A stretch of DNA of 64,000 nucleotides, from the NCBI GenBank assembly GCA_036172245.1, contig JAYWIR010000001.1:11966001-12030000 (forward strand). The letters run 5' to 3'. The translations under genes and the position numbers were made by a program. This document shows, one piece after another, positions 12,134-23,602 of the stretch. The stretch is from Raillietiella orientalis (Eukaryota). The notes under the pieces were generated by a model. The model made no database searches. It was not told the DNA's origin and saw nothing but the letters and a program-made list of their open reading frames with translations. Within the stretch, counting starts at the first letter, position 1, and each line of letters begins with the position of its first letter.

Positions 12134-12680
12134 GAAGGATGGGAAATCGAGAGGAAACTTTACGTGGCGGTTGGACCGGGGTATCCATGGGAATTGCTGG
12201 CGTGAAGTTTTCCGTTTCTGAAGATTTGAGGTTGCAACGTGTGCTAAAAGCTTTCTTTGAGTAGTGTGACCTTGGCAACAGTTTCCTTCTCCTACTAATT
12301 CCGACTGAAAATAAACCTATAATTCTGAGGCACACAAGAGTCATCATTTCGAACTTGAGCCCTGTGGAGCTACAGCTGACGTGCCACTTAGTCGGTGACG
12401 ATTAGGGCTTCATCGGTCGACTTTGAGAAAGAGACTTTCCTTGGTAAACGGCGGTCTCTGAAAGTCACGTGGAGAATCAGAACAGTCACTTACGTTTGGT
12501 ACTCAGACGTGGAGGTCATCTTGCTGGTATGGCTTGCCTAGGTTTTCGAAAAACGCTGTCGTTGCTTATCTCGTGGACAACAAGGCTGAGCATCAGCTGA
12601 GAGCATCCATTGGGAGTGCTCTCTTCCTTAAGAACGACGAGCGTTGCAGTTTTGCAATGCCCTCCCACTGCTCTTGCAAA

Positions 12681-13000
12681 GGACGATGGAAATCCTTTCG
12701 GATTTGTCTGTTTCGTTTCTTCCCTCTCAGTTTTCTTTTTTTCGCATTGTCTTCTTTTTGGTTCGCCAAGTGCTGAAGAACCGTTCGGCCCCTCAGGGAA
12801 GGCCTACGAAACTATTCAACACTGTGCACGTCAGCCGAATTGCGTGTAACTCTTCAATTTATGGGGTATAATCCCGGACTGGGTTCGTAGGGAAGGACTA
12901 CGGATCCAGGAAGGACTCTGGAGAAAAAGAGTTTGTTCCTCTTACGCTTGGTGGGAGGTCCCGAAGGAAACCCTCCTCCCTCGTTACCTCCGATTTCCTC
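12681..13000 (-). mobile_element. SINE-like element, copy 2 (3' part only)
   Basis: GGACGATGGAAATCC, then a pyrimidine tract, then TTTTTGGTTCGCCAAGTGCTGAAGAACCG and GGATCCAGGAAGG...GTTCCTCTTACGCTTG, shared with the other copies. Confidence 0.7.
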
Positions 13001-13029
13001 ACGGACACGATGCCAGGGCCTTTCTTAAC

Positions 13030-14910
13030 ATTTCAATCAATCTCACAATTTGTGGTAGGACACGTGGTCCTACCACGCTCAATTTGTCCGTGGACCTGCC
13101 GGGTCACTGGCACGCAGACCGGCGAGGTTCGCCTCGGCAGCGGAGGGCAGGGAGAAACAAAAGAAAAAAAAAATAAATAAAAGTCCTTTGGAGGGCCGGT
13201 AAGGGATCGCAGTCCTCTGGAGTCCTCTGCATCCTTCCTGGAATGCCGGCTGGATCGGTCCTGATTGTACCCAGGTGGGGTCATCTTGCTGTTATCCGCA
13301 GAAAGCGAAGTGCATGCTGGACGGCGTCTCTTTCGTTTCGCTCCTGCTTCAGCGACGCTCCAGATCGTCACAATCCCGCGGATGCAGCAAAGTGCTGCTA
13401 GGGATGCAGCCAGAGTGAGGGTGTCGCTCAGGAAGAGGCGCTTTACAACATATCTGGAATTGCCATCCGGGGTTTCAAGGGTCGTGGTCAAGCGTCCCCA
13501 AAGGTGCAGGAGGGCAGCAGAGGAGGTGCGGGAAGGATTCCCGCTCCACGCACCTTGCACAGTTCGGGTCCACCCCTCCCCCGTGTCCAGTGATGCCAGC
13601 GGGTGTTGCACGGGAGGTCCCAGTGCAGCAGCATCAACGCTGACTCCTGCTATTCCAAGAGAAGAGTGCTGCTGCCTTCGAACTCTGAGGGTCACTTGAG
13701 GTCTTGGCTGGGAATCTCGAGCGGCTCGCTCCAGCGTTGCAGTCCTCGTGAAAGGGCGTTCGGGGTCGCAGCGTCCGCTAGCTGCCCGCCCACTCATGAA
13801 CTTCCTCCTTCCTGCGATCTCACAGGAAACTAACCACTCCGACGGTTGGCTGCCGCCAAGTGCCTTCGTCAGAAAAGACATCACTGCAGCGAGGAGGTCC
13901 GCTCCGATCACGCGCTCATTCTGGAACTCTCCAGAATCTTCCTCAGTGAGCAGCGCGCGTGGCTGCCGAGTCGCAGGCAGTTTCCACACTTATGAGATGG
14001 GCTCGTTTACCTTCGCCCGCGTGCCAACTGTTTCCTCTAGATAGGCGCTACAGTTGGCGGGGCAACAGGCCATTCAGCCGTTCTCATTCGCCAATATGGC
14101 CATGAGTCCAAAGAGGTGACCGCAGCTTCTCAACTTTTGACCGGGGCACGGAAGGTAGGAGGCGAGTCCTTCCATGAAGAGCAGGCGTTTAAGAACGTAC
14201 CAGGGAGAGCTCCAGTACGTCACTTTGATGGCCAACATTCTCCATCGCGGCTGGATTTCTGTCCCCTCCAGCGTGAGGAGGCCGAGGTCCGCTGTCTCCC
14301 ACAGAGCACACGAGTCCATCGGCGAGATTCGGGACCCCACAAGACTATTCTCAATAGGGACCGTGTCCACTTTTTTTCCTCTTTGGGGACGGAGGAAACA
14401 AAAAGTAGGGGGCGGAGGAGGGGAGCCGCGAACGCGTTCCAAACAGCGGTCCGTCCCGGCAAGTAGAACTCGCCATCCAAGAACGAAACGATCGCCAACC
14501 CTACCTTCTAAAGACGGTGAGAATAGACTTCTGCTGGGGCAGAAGTCCCACAACGGAACGCCAAGGTTCTTGATGTACCCGTCCGTGGGGATCCCCAGGA
14601 GGATCCAGTCCGGCCGTCCAGACCACGCCGAGCCGACATAAACGATGGACGACTTCGCCCTGTTCACCACCAGGCCCGTCTCGCGGCGTAGCAACTCGAA
14701 GAAGTCCTCGAGCGCACTCGCCGGGGTGGACCCGGGAAGCAGCAGCAGAAGATCGTCTGCATAGGCCGACACGGCAGGCGTGCCTGGACACGAGCTCGGC
14801 AGGGTTGCCAAAGTCTCCTTGTATGCTCTCAGCACCAACTCGAAGTGGATGCTGAAGAGCAAGGGGCTCAGACTGCCTCCCTGCCGGATGCCGCGGAGGA
14901 CGGGCACGCG
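13030..14910 (-). mobile_element. 5'-truncated L1/Tx1-like non-LTR retrotransposon, copy C (RT C-terminal half, CCHC region, 3' UTR; decayed)
   Basis: ORF 14074-14907: RGIRQGGSLSPLLF...SAYADDLLL...TGLVVNRAKS...IKNLGV, the conserved C-terminal RT motifs. Downstream frames are broken but homologous to copies A, D and E. Confidence 0.9.
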
Positions 14911-15009
14911 GTCTCCGAAAAACTAGTGGTTTCCCCGCTTGTTTAGGCACCCCGGTGTTTACTTTAGGATGAAAACAGTACTTGCTGCTGCTTTAACACT
15001 GGGAGTTCC

Positions 15010-15880
15010 CGTGTAATCAGCGCTAAAGCCTCGTTTCCAGGGAAGTTGTTTCCCGGAACTGCTCGAGGTGTTGGGAGATCGAGACGCTCGGGCACCTTTT
15101 GCTCGACTGTGGTGCCCTCCGCGGACTGTGGCGGTGGCTGGCTTTAGGCGCCCCGTTCCAGGAGGACTCTGAGAAGGATCTGCGGTGGCGTTTTTTCAGG
15201 AGCAACGGATTTTCAGTGGCGCCGTAGTTCCAACAGCTTTTTAATTCGCGACATTGCTGAGACCCGCTACGCCATGGGGACGAGAGCGCAGTGAAGGGAG
15301 GTCCACAGTCTGGCAGCCGCGTACATGAGAATGGCTGTAAGGTGATCTCACCTGGAAGAACAAACAAAGGAGGAGATCGTCGACATCCACCGTCGGTTGA
15401 TGGACAGTTAAGAACGGTGGAACCCGGTGGACCTTTCCCTTTACCAACATCTTTTTTTTTTTTTCCTCATCTCCCATCCCCTTTTGCTTCGCAACTTCCC
15501 CGGCGTTTTTGTTTTGACCCCAGTACCTCCCGGCGCTATCTTAAAGACCCCTGTCCCATCCCACCACATTTAATTTTTTTTGGCTGTCTCCCACCTCCTG
15601 TCCGGTTCCAAACTTCCGTTATGCCAGCCTGCGTGCCAGCAGACCCTCCCCATTGCTTGTTTTGTCGTCGGTTGGGAACTCTGCTCCCAGCTGGTTTATT
15701 TTCTCTAAAATAAACGCCCCGGCGTGACGGGGTGAGAAATCCCTTGGGCATTCTCTGCGGAGATAACGTTATCTCCCTCAGGGGCACTAGGTCGGCAGGG
15801 TGACGGCCACATCTCGCCTTCTGCCGTCGCCGCGCAGCCCGTTGACGTTCCAACAGGCCACACGGATTCGGCGGCGGGAG
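15010..15880 (-). mobile_element. Small L1-like fragments (post-RT piece ~15.0-15.35 kb; APE endonuclease start ~15.73-15.88 kb)
   Basis: RIRVACWNVNGLRGDGRRRDV is the APE N-terminal WNVNGL motif. LRSRPHGVAGLSNV resembles the L1 P...GGLGL motif. Confidence 0.55.
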
Positions 15881-16184
15881 GCGGGCCCAGGAGTAACTCC
15901 TGGGAAGTTGATGCTGCAGCTCCCGCCACTTATTCGGGCGGGGGCGCAAGCAGAATGTCCCTTCCATGGTGCACCTGCTGGCCCACTCCATGGGGGTTGC
16001 TTGCTCGGCGTCGGGATGTGGGTGATTCCCACCGCAGGAGTCCTGTGTTTCCAAGCTGCCGGCTTCCCTTTCGGATGCCGGCTCGTTTCCCTCTTGGGGC
16101 AGGATGTGCCTCCTCGTAGTCTTGGTTTTACGTTTTCACTTCCGGGGGGAGGCTCAACGGAGGATGCGCTTGCAGCCTCGGGTT

Positions 16185-16810
16185 GACTTACGTCACTAGG
16201 GTTGCTAGGGTCGCAGCAAAGCGTTCCCATAGGGGCCGGAGGGCAACACAATCTACAAGCAGGTATAGGAAGGATTCCCGTTCCCTACACCTGCTACAGT
16301 TCGGGCTTGTGCCCCTCAAGTCCAAGGATGTCGGTGGGCGTTGCATTGGAGGCCCCCAATGTAGCAGTAGTATCGCTGACTCCTGCCAACTGAGTGGGAG
16401 GGTGAGAGTGTTCCGGAGTACTGAGAGCCACTCGAGGTCTTCCAGGGAAATTCCCAACAGCTCATTCCAGAGCAAAAGTCCTTTAGGTGGGACACTCGGG
16501 ATCACAGCGTCAGTCAGCTGTCCCGTGGTTCGCGCACTTAACGTTTTTTCTTCGACATCCCATCTCGCAGACGACCTTCCATGTTTCCAACTTCTGAAGA
16601 TCTGCTCCCTGAAGGAGGGCAGCTCTACGGCGAGAGAGGTTCGCTCTGCCCACGCCCTTCTTCCGAGATGAACGAAGATTTCCTGGATCGAGTACTTGCT
16701 GAAGGATAAACAGCGCAGGCGCTGCGATAACATAGGACTCGGCTCCCGGATCTTCGCTCACGTGCGAACGGTTTCCTGCAGTCAGGCACTACCGTTCACG
16801 TGGCAGCAGA
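16185..16810 (-). mobile_element. L1/Tx1-like ORF2 C-terminal fragment, copy D
   Basis: ORF 16188-16733: SAILLLHWG...NCSRCRERESFLYLLVDCVALRPLWERF (zf-RVT-like region). Confidence 0.8.
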
Positions 16811-16859
16811 AAATCCAGCTGTTCTTCCTCGTCAGAGTGTTTCAAAAGATCCCACTCTA

Positions 16860-17720
16860 CCTTGTGTCCCGACCCATCGACACAGGTCATGGTCAAAAAA
16901 CTGATGATCGACGCTATCCTCCATTCCTGGTTGTCCTTCCAGCAAGTTGTGTGCGCGCATTGCCGCGCAGAGCTCGTCGGCCGCGTGCTCCCGTGCTCAG
17001 GGCGCGTTGGGAAGCAGGTGGAAGAGGTTGAAGTCTCCGCCTTCCAGGTGCTTCCTGCGCACGCCTGCTTCGGACAACCATTCGAGTTCCAGGTCGTTCA
17101 AGAACGTGGTGATTCTCTCCGCGTACCCGTTTTTGTTGCTGGGAGCTCACACGTTGGTCAAGACGAGGTCGATGGAGCCGGTCCAACTGAGGACCATCTG
17201 GCCGACCCGATCTTCCTTGTCGAAGCGCACGTCCCTCACGGCAGCAACTCTTTTTGATGAGCAGACGGAATACGAACGCGGTCTCAACAAGTTCCTCACG
17301 ACCCTTGCCACCAACATCGATCACAGCCAGTAGAGCGTCGGCGGGGAGCTTTTGGGGTGCTGAACACAGCGGCGAGGTTGCCGCCAGCGGTCGGCTGCGG
17401 CGGGGCCGACTTCTGGCACCCTCACGCTCCCACGAGCTTCCTTCCTCAAATCAAAAAGAGTTGCTCTTCCTTCATGGCTGTGTGGACGGTGGGCTCCAGA
17501 AGGTAGGAGACCCCAAAGGATTTGTGGGAACCGCAACGTCCCAACTTTCGCAGCAGCAGTCCCTCCGCGACTCTTTCGATCTCCTGAGCTTCTCCTGCGG
17601 AGATCATGTGGATCTCCTGCAGTAGAGCCAGACCGAAGTTTTGTAGGGTGGCGGGCACGTCTCATCTTCTGCCGTCCTCGTTCAGCCCGTTTACGTTCCA
17701 GCGGACCACACGGAATCTGC
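16860..17720 (-). mobile_element. Decayed APE-type endonuclease domain of an L1/Tx1-like element
   Basis: RFRVVRWNVNGLNEDGRR*DVPATLQNFGLALLQEIH contains the WNVNGL and LQE.H motifs of non-LTR endonucleases, with stops and frameshifts. Confidence 0.75.
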
Positions 17721-17769
17721 GGCAGGAGGCGAGCTCATTTGCTATTGCTGGGAAATTTTACACCCGATG

Positions 17770-19020
17770 CATTTATTTATATAAAAATAAACTGATAAGT
17801 CAGCGACAGAGAGCTTAGTTCTGCCACGTTACAATTGTATCGATGGCAACTTGCCTAGAAACGGAACGCAGGCCTGCGAGGTTCCCCTGGTCAGAAGAGG
17901 AGAGGGCTGGTGAACGAACAGACATAAAAATAAAACAAAAAAATGTATACAAAAAATTTGGAGGTTCGGGATGGGATCACTGCCTGCTGGGGGAGCGTCC
18001 TCTGCATCCTTTCCAGAATGCCTGCAGGTTTCTGTTTCACACTTCCCAGATGGGATAACATAGGACGCCATCCTCATGAAGAGGACAGCAAAATTGATGG
18101 CATTCCTGTCGTTCTGGTCTCCTCTTGCGCTGTTCCATGCAGCCATGATCCCGCGGCACAGTGCTGTTAGGGATGCGACCGGCGTGAGGGATTCGCGCAG
18201 GAAGATGCACTTTAAAAACGCCCCTGGGGTTGTTGCTTTCGGGAATCCTCAGGAACGCAGCAAAGCGTTCCCACAGGGAGCGGAAGGCAACGCAATCCAT
18301 GAGCAGGTGCAGTAGAGACTCTCTCCTTCGCCGCACCTGCCGCAGTTGCTATCACCTCTTCCCCCGGGTCCAATGATGTCGGCGGGCATTGCACGGGAGG
18401 TCCCAATGCAATAGAAGGATCGCCGACAACTGCCACTTAAGGGAGTGGGTTGCACTGTTTCGACACACTGGGGGCCACTTTACCACCTCCGGAGGAGTTC
18501 TTAGCAGCCCTCCCCAGCATAGCAGCCCTTTTAAAGGGACACTCGTGGTAGCAGCGTCCGCTAGCTCCCGCATATTTAGATGTTTTCTTCTATTTTCGAT
18601 AGTGCACGTCACCTCCTATCTTATCGATGGTCGCTCGCTGTCCCTTGTTCCTTTCAGGGAGAGCAGCACTAAGGCAAGGGGATGAACGACGCCCCAAGCA
18701 GATTCCTGTTGTCCAGGATCTCCCTCAACAGCATACGAGCGCATCTGCTGGTGTGCAGGCAGATGAACTCCGCTCCCTCGCTCGTGCCGTTGATTTTTGC
18801 GCCACGCCGAAACGGACTCCTGCAGGCAGGCAGTCTCGTTCTCGGGAAGGCAGAAGATCCAGGGTTTCCATCGGACCAGGACAACCATTTGTCGGAGCTG
18901 GGAGCCAAGATGTATCCGACTTCGCTCGGTGGCCACAACGACCGTAGTCAGTCCCTCGCAACCGGTCGCTCGCTAGGCAACGATTGGTGCCGGAGTGCAC
19001 CAAGGTGTGGCCCGCAGCTT
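17770..19020 (-). mobile_element. L1/Tx1-like 3' portion, copy E
   Basis: SAILLLHWDLPCN, NCGRC..RESLLHLLMDCVAFRSLWERF and MAAWNSARGDQNDRNAINFAVLF, followed by a 3' UTR homologous to copies A and C. Confidence 0.8.
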
Positions 19021-19163
19021 GGACTCAAAGGGAGAGTCTTTTGAGCTGGAGCAGACGCGTCATGCTCTCCAGCGTAAGGAGGCCCAGTCTATCATCCCCT
19101 GGCGGAGCACAGAAGTCTTTGAGTCGGACTCTGGCCATCTCCCTGTCCCCATAGAGCTTTTTT

Positions 19164-20249
19164 CTTTTTTTTCTTTTTGTTTTTATTTTTATTTTAAGGC
19201 CAGTAGCGACTCTACGAGGAGATCGTTACTATTGGCCTAGGACGATGGAAATCCTTGGGTTCTTCTTTTTCTACTGTCTTCACTGTTTTCCTTCCAGATT
19301 TTTTTTCTTTAAGGTTTCTTTTTTTTTTGGTTCGCTAAGTACCTCAGAGCCGGTCGCGTGCCTCGCGGCGCACGTGGCTCTTTTTAAACATTAACACACT
19401 GTTTTATTTCCACGTCTCTCCGCCCGCGGCAACTCTCAGGGGGGGCGTGTAATTCTTCAGTGTAATTCTTCAGGATAGGGGGCACTCCGGAATAGGGGCC
19501 CACCCTATGAATCCAGGAAGGGCTCGGAGTCCGTTCCTCTCACGCTTGAGGAGGGATCCCCCCGGACAGGGGGGATCGCACCTCCCACCCTGGTTGTCTC
19601 CGAAGGAGAACCCCGAAGGGAATTTCCTTCCTCATTCTCTCCGGAGGGACATCCCCTAATGGGGGGTGGTCCTCTCCATTTCAACTTCTCCGAAGGGAAC
19701 CCGGAAAGGATCCACTTGTAGGAATTTCTTCTCCGGAGGGAACCCGCAAGGGAACCGCTCCTGTTCACTCCTCTGAAGAGAACCCCGAAGGGACACTTCC
19801 GAAACGCAGAAGGGGCGCTGCAGCTTCCCGCAGGGAATCGCTCTCTCTTGCTTCCTTGTGCACACTCTGTGAAGAGGCGACGACTCGGAGGGACCCCCCC
19901 AAAAGGGCAGTTCCGCTCCTTTGAACAACTGGAGAGGTGCTCGTGAGGGCCCCTGCTCCATCTTGAAACCGGAGGCGGTCCCCCGGTGACGGGGGTCCAC
20001 TCTCCGTTGCACGACCGGAGGGGGAGTTCCCCAATCCTTTATTCCTGGGAGGACCCGAAGGTCGACTCCCATGGTTCTGACCTTCATCGGGAGGCCTCCG
20101 GCTTTATCCACTGCCGGGCCCACGCCCGAATGTCTCGGCCAACCAGCGCCGTTGCAGGAGAAACTCTGAACCCAAACGACGCAGTCTCGTCAGTTATCTG
20201 CCGAAGTATTCGAACCCGCGACGCATGGTGCCACGCGTGGAAACCTTAA
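19164..20249 (-). mobile_element. tRNA-headed SINE-like element, copy 3 (near full length, A-rich tail, ~15-bp TSD)
   Basis: Minus strand starts TTAAGG...GTGGCACCATGCGTCGCGGGTTCGAATAC (B box) and ends in an A-rich tail. Flanked by CCA(T/C)AGAGCTTTTTT at 19149-19163 and 20250-20264. Confidence 0.8.
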
Positions 20250-20394
20250 CCACAGAGCTTTTTTTAGGAGGTCCTCGGTCTTTCTCTTGATGATGACAGG
20301 AGATCCAGGTGTTCTCCTTCACCAAGGCAACCATTTGTCTTACTTGAAGGCCACAATGCCTAAAACTGGCACGAGACGCTTCCCGGTTTCTCTG

Positions 20395-20775
20395 AAGAGC
20401 GCTCCCCGTAGAAAGCAGAGCACTTATTAAGACTCCGGGAAACAACGCTCCCAGAGCTGGAATCAACCAGCCCCGTATACGGCTCCATCTTTGCAACCGG
20501 AGGAGAAAAACCCCGAAGGGCACCTTGAACTCCTGGAAAGACTCCGAAGAGTCAGCTTCCAATCCCAGAGCCAATCAGCGGGGACATCCAGGGGCTTCTG
20601 GTTTCCAACCAGCACCCCCCACCTGAAGTCTGAATACCAGCTTCATCCCGCGGGAGAGACTCCAAACATTCACGACGCACCCCCATTTCTAGGCGTTGGT
20701 CCTTCTCTGGGTGGAATTTGAACCCGCGACCCTCGGTGCCACGTGGGGATGCCTCAACCTTGCGGCCGCCAACGC
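20395..20775 (-). mobile_element. SINE-like element, copy 4 (5' head and part of body)
   Basis: Minus strand TGGCGGCCGCAAGGTTGAGGCAT (A-box-like)...CCGAGGGTCGCGGGTTCAAATTCC (B box). Body matches copy 1 (CACGACGCACCCC.ATTTCT, TCAACCAGCCCC...TACGGCTCCATCTT). Confidence 0.75.
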
Positions 20776-21034
20776 GGATCATAGAGTTTTTCTTTTTCTT
20801 TGGCGACTGCTTTCGATGCAACCGAAGTGTGCATAATCTTCCATTTTTTCTCCAAGACCGCAGACTGAAGAGCTTGAGGTCTCCGTCTTCTTAGCGGACC
20901 GTCGGGAGAAGACTGCTCCCCTCTCTGTCTCGACTAGGTTGCACAGAGAACGCCTCCACTCCCATGCTAGCTGCCTGGCAACACTGCGCACGGTGCCTGG
21001 TCTCCTGGCGGATCCGATGCCTGCAAACCATCGT

Positions 21035-21620
21035 AACGGTGGAGCATTGAGCATTCCCGGACACGGGCTGATTTATTTGGGTGTGGCGCCGATAGAGGCT
21101 GGCAACTCTCGGATGCCTCCGTCGACCGAACGGAATCGGAAGTCTACCCTCCCGGGGTCCTCCCAGGAACCAAGAAGCCGGTTTCCTTCGGAGTTTACCC
21201 CCCTGGGATGGACCATCTATCTCGTACCATGGGGCTGGTGGATTGGTGCCTCTCCAAAGTGCGAAGAAGCGCGCTGCTCCCTTCGAGTTCTCTTCGGAAG
21301 AGGAAACGGAGCGGTTCCCTTGAAAACCCACTCCGGAGAAGAAATTTCAGGAGTTCCCCTCTTCAGGGTGTTCCCATCGGAGGAAGTTCTCCGGAATCTT
21401 TCCTAAATTCATGGGGTGGTCCTCTATTCCGGGGCATTCCCTCACTTGAAGTGTTGCTACATGCACCCTCGGGAAACGTGGAACGTGTGCAAGGGCTTCG
21501 TGAGTCTCCAGGCGGGCGGTTTCTTCAGCACTTTGCGAACCAAAATGAAGAACAAGAAGAAGAAAGATAGAAAGGAAGGAAGCGAAAACGGAAGAAACAC
21601 CCCAAAGGGTTCCCATCATT
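21035..21620 (+). mobile_element. SINE-like element, copy 5 (opposite orientation; head missing or degenerate)
   Basis: Reverse complement of the body, hairpin array, CTTCAGCACTTTGCGAACCAAAA block, A-rich linker and terminal GGGTTCCCATC seen in the other copies. Confidence 0.75.
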
Positions 21621-22723
21621 TGTGTGAAGGATTTCACCCCTACACTGGTCGGGCTATGGTCAAGCACGAACCTGCGATGGAATTCTCTGGTCATGTGGTC
21701 TCAGGAAACCCTCGTGCAGCCCGCTGAACTTTTGCAAGCCAAAGCATGGAGCAGAACCAGACTGCCATCGCCGTAGAGGAGCGCTTCTTTCGGTTCCATC
21801 GTTTGCGTAGTCTTCTCGGTGGCGCGCGCTCACCAGGGTTTCAATCTCGCTTTCTCCGCAATCTGCTCAGATGCAGAGCACCATTCCATCAGACCTCTGG
21901 ACCGGTTTTGGATTGATCTGCATTCGATTTTAGTCGCGGTTCCGAAGAGGGAAGAGCATTCACATTTTAATACTGTCAATCTGCTGCATTTGTGCCCACG
22001 GCGCAGAAGCGGCAGCAACGACAGGTCGCGAAGGTGGATGAGAATCTGCCAAATTAGCGAGAGTCGGAATGGATATTCCTTTTGGATGAGGTGAGGAATC
22101 GTGCTTCTTGGTACGTGTCACGTGAACGATGAACGCCGATGAATTCATGAATGCTGCCACGTTGTGCACATTCGACATGCCGTTTGCAGCTCTGTACTTT
22201 GTGTTTCTTTGTGGGTTTTCTTGTAAGCGCACCACAGAAATGAGAAGCCACTTTGAGCTCATCCCTGTTTGGAAACTGCGATGCCTTGAGGTTGAGATCA
22301 ATGAATCACATGTATGGCATTGGTATCGGTTGGAACGTTGATGAAAGCATTAAGAGATTATTTGAAAAGTACTTTCTGTGGGAATAATATTTTGTTGGTG
22401 ATTTCATGAATTCAAACTGGTGCAAATCATTGCCGGTGCGCCTGCCAATGTACCTAAGAGAGAGTTCCAGTGCAACTAAAAAAGATCATGCTGAAACAAA
22501 AAGGTCATCAACTTTTCAGTCAGTTTCCGGTCTAGTTAGTTACACCACCCATTGGTGGATGGGGAAATTGTGTGAGGCATGCTCACGCTGAGAGGGATCA
22601 GTTTGTTCGGGAAGGCTCGCTGCAGCTCTGGAGGCGTATCTTAAGCACTGAGTCTCCTTGAAGACGCGCTTCTCCAGAAAAGACAAATACGGACCTGTCT
22701 GCCTAAAGAACTGGAACAATTGA

Positions 22724-23374
22724 AGAAGATTTCGATACATTTCGACGTACATAAAAGTCTTTCAACGGGCAAGTTGGAAAGAAAGCGCGTTTCCGAGGCA
22801 ACCGTTTACTTTCCCGTCTTACTACTTTCGAGGTCTTCTGTGCTCACTCCTTGGAATTCTGTCCAGACTTTCACGGAGCGCTGAGTCTTCGTTTGAAAGA
22901 GTTCTGCGAATCGAAAGTTTCTGCATTCTTCCTCAACCTCTTGTGATGTCTGTGGTTCGACCTGAAAATTTTCCACGTCCAGTGCTACTTTTTGACGAGG
23001 AGCGGCAACTTATGCTAACAAAACGTTTCTGGAACGTACTGAATGAAATCAACAATCTATACAATTCCACAATGATGACTCACAGGAATGACATCATCTT
23101 CAGTTCTCAGCAGTTTTGGGATTTCGTTAGTACGGGACATTTTTTCGCTGACGTCGGGAGCATACCGGGAGTGACCAGGACCAAACACTTGCTGCTGTAT
23201 GCTGGAAACTTCAGAATAGTCAAAGATTTGTATTCCAAATTCTTTGAACTGGGGTTGTCAGTAAGCAGATTCGTGACATGGTTCACTGAGTACACAGAAG
23301 ACGAGAGCAACGAAAACCGAGAAAACGCTTTGGTGATTGCAATCGCAATGCTTTGTTGGATCATACTGGGCTGA
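22724..23374 (+). other. Open frame of ~215 codons, unrecognised (possible exon, pseudogene or viral remnant)
   Basis: Stop-free frame in moderately AT-rich DNA with a globular-looking composition. No motif recognised. Confidence 0.25.
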
Positions 23375-23563
23375 GATGAAACTGAAGAGTATGAGAATGA
23401 CTGGTAACTCGATAGTAAAGCTCAGATGCCATGGACCGGACAGAGAGATTGTTGATTTCCTTAAACGTAGTTTCTCTATCTCTGAGATTTTTCTATCTGA
23501 GTGGATGCGGTCGCATGCCTCTCGGATCCACTTGTCCTACTCATTCCGGTCATGGGGAGAGGA

Positions 23564-23602
23564 GGAGCAGGTAGCATGGTGAAAAACCATGCTACCTGCT
23601 CC
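23564..23602. repeat. Perfect 17-bp inverted repeat with 5-nt loop
   Basis: GGAGCAGGTAGCATGGT-GAAAA-ACCATGCTACCTGCTCC. Confidence 0.95.

Noticed and set aside
20250-20262. AGCTCTGTGG as the A box of SINE copy 3
   Set aside because: The same sequence occurs at the other end of the element, so it is better explained as the target-site duplication.
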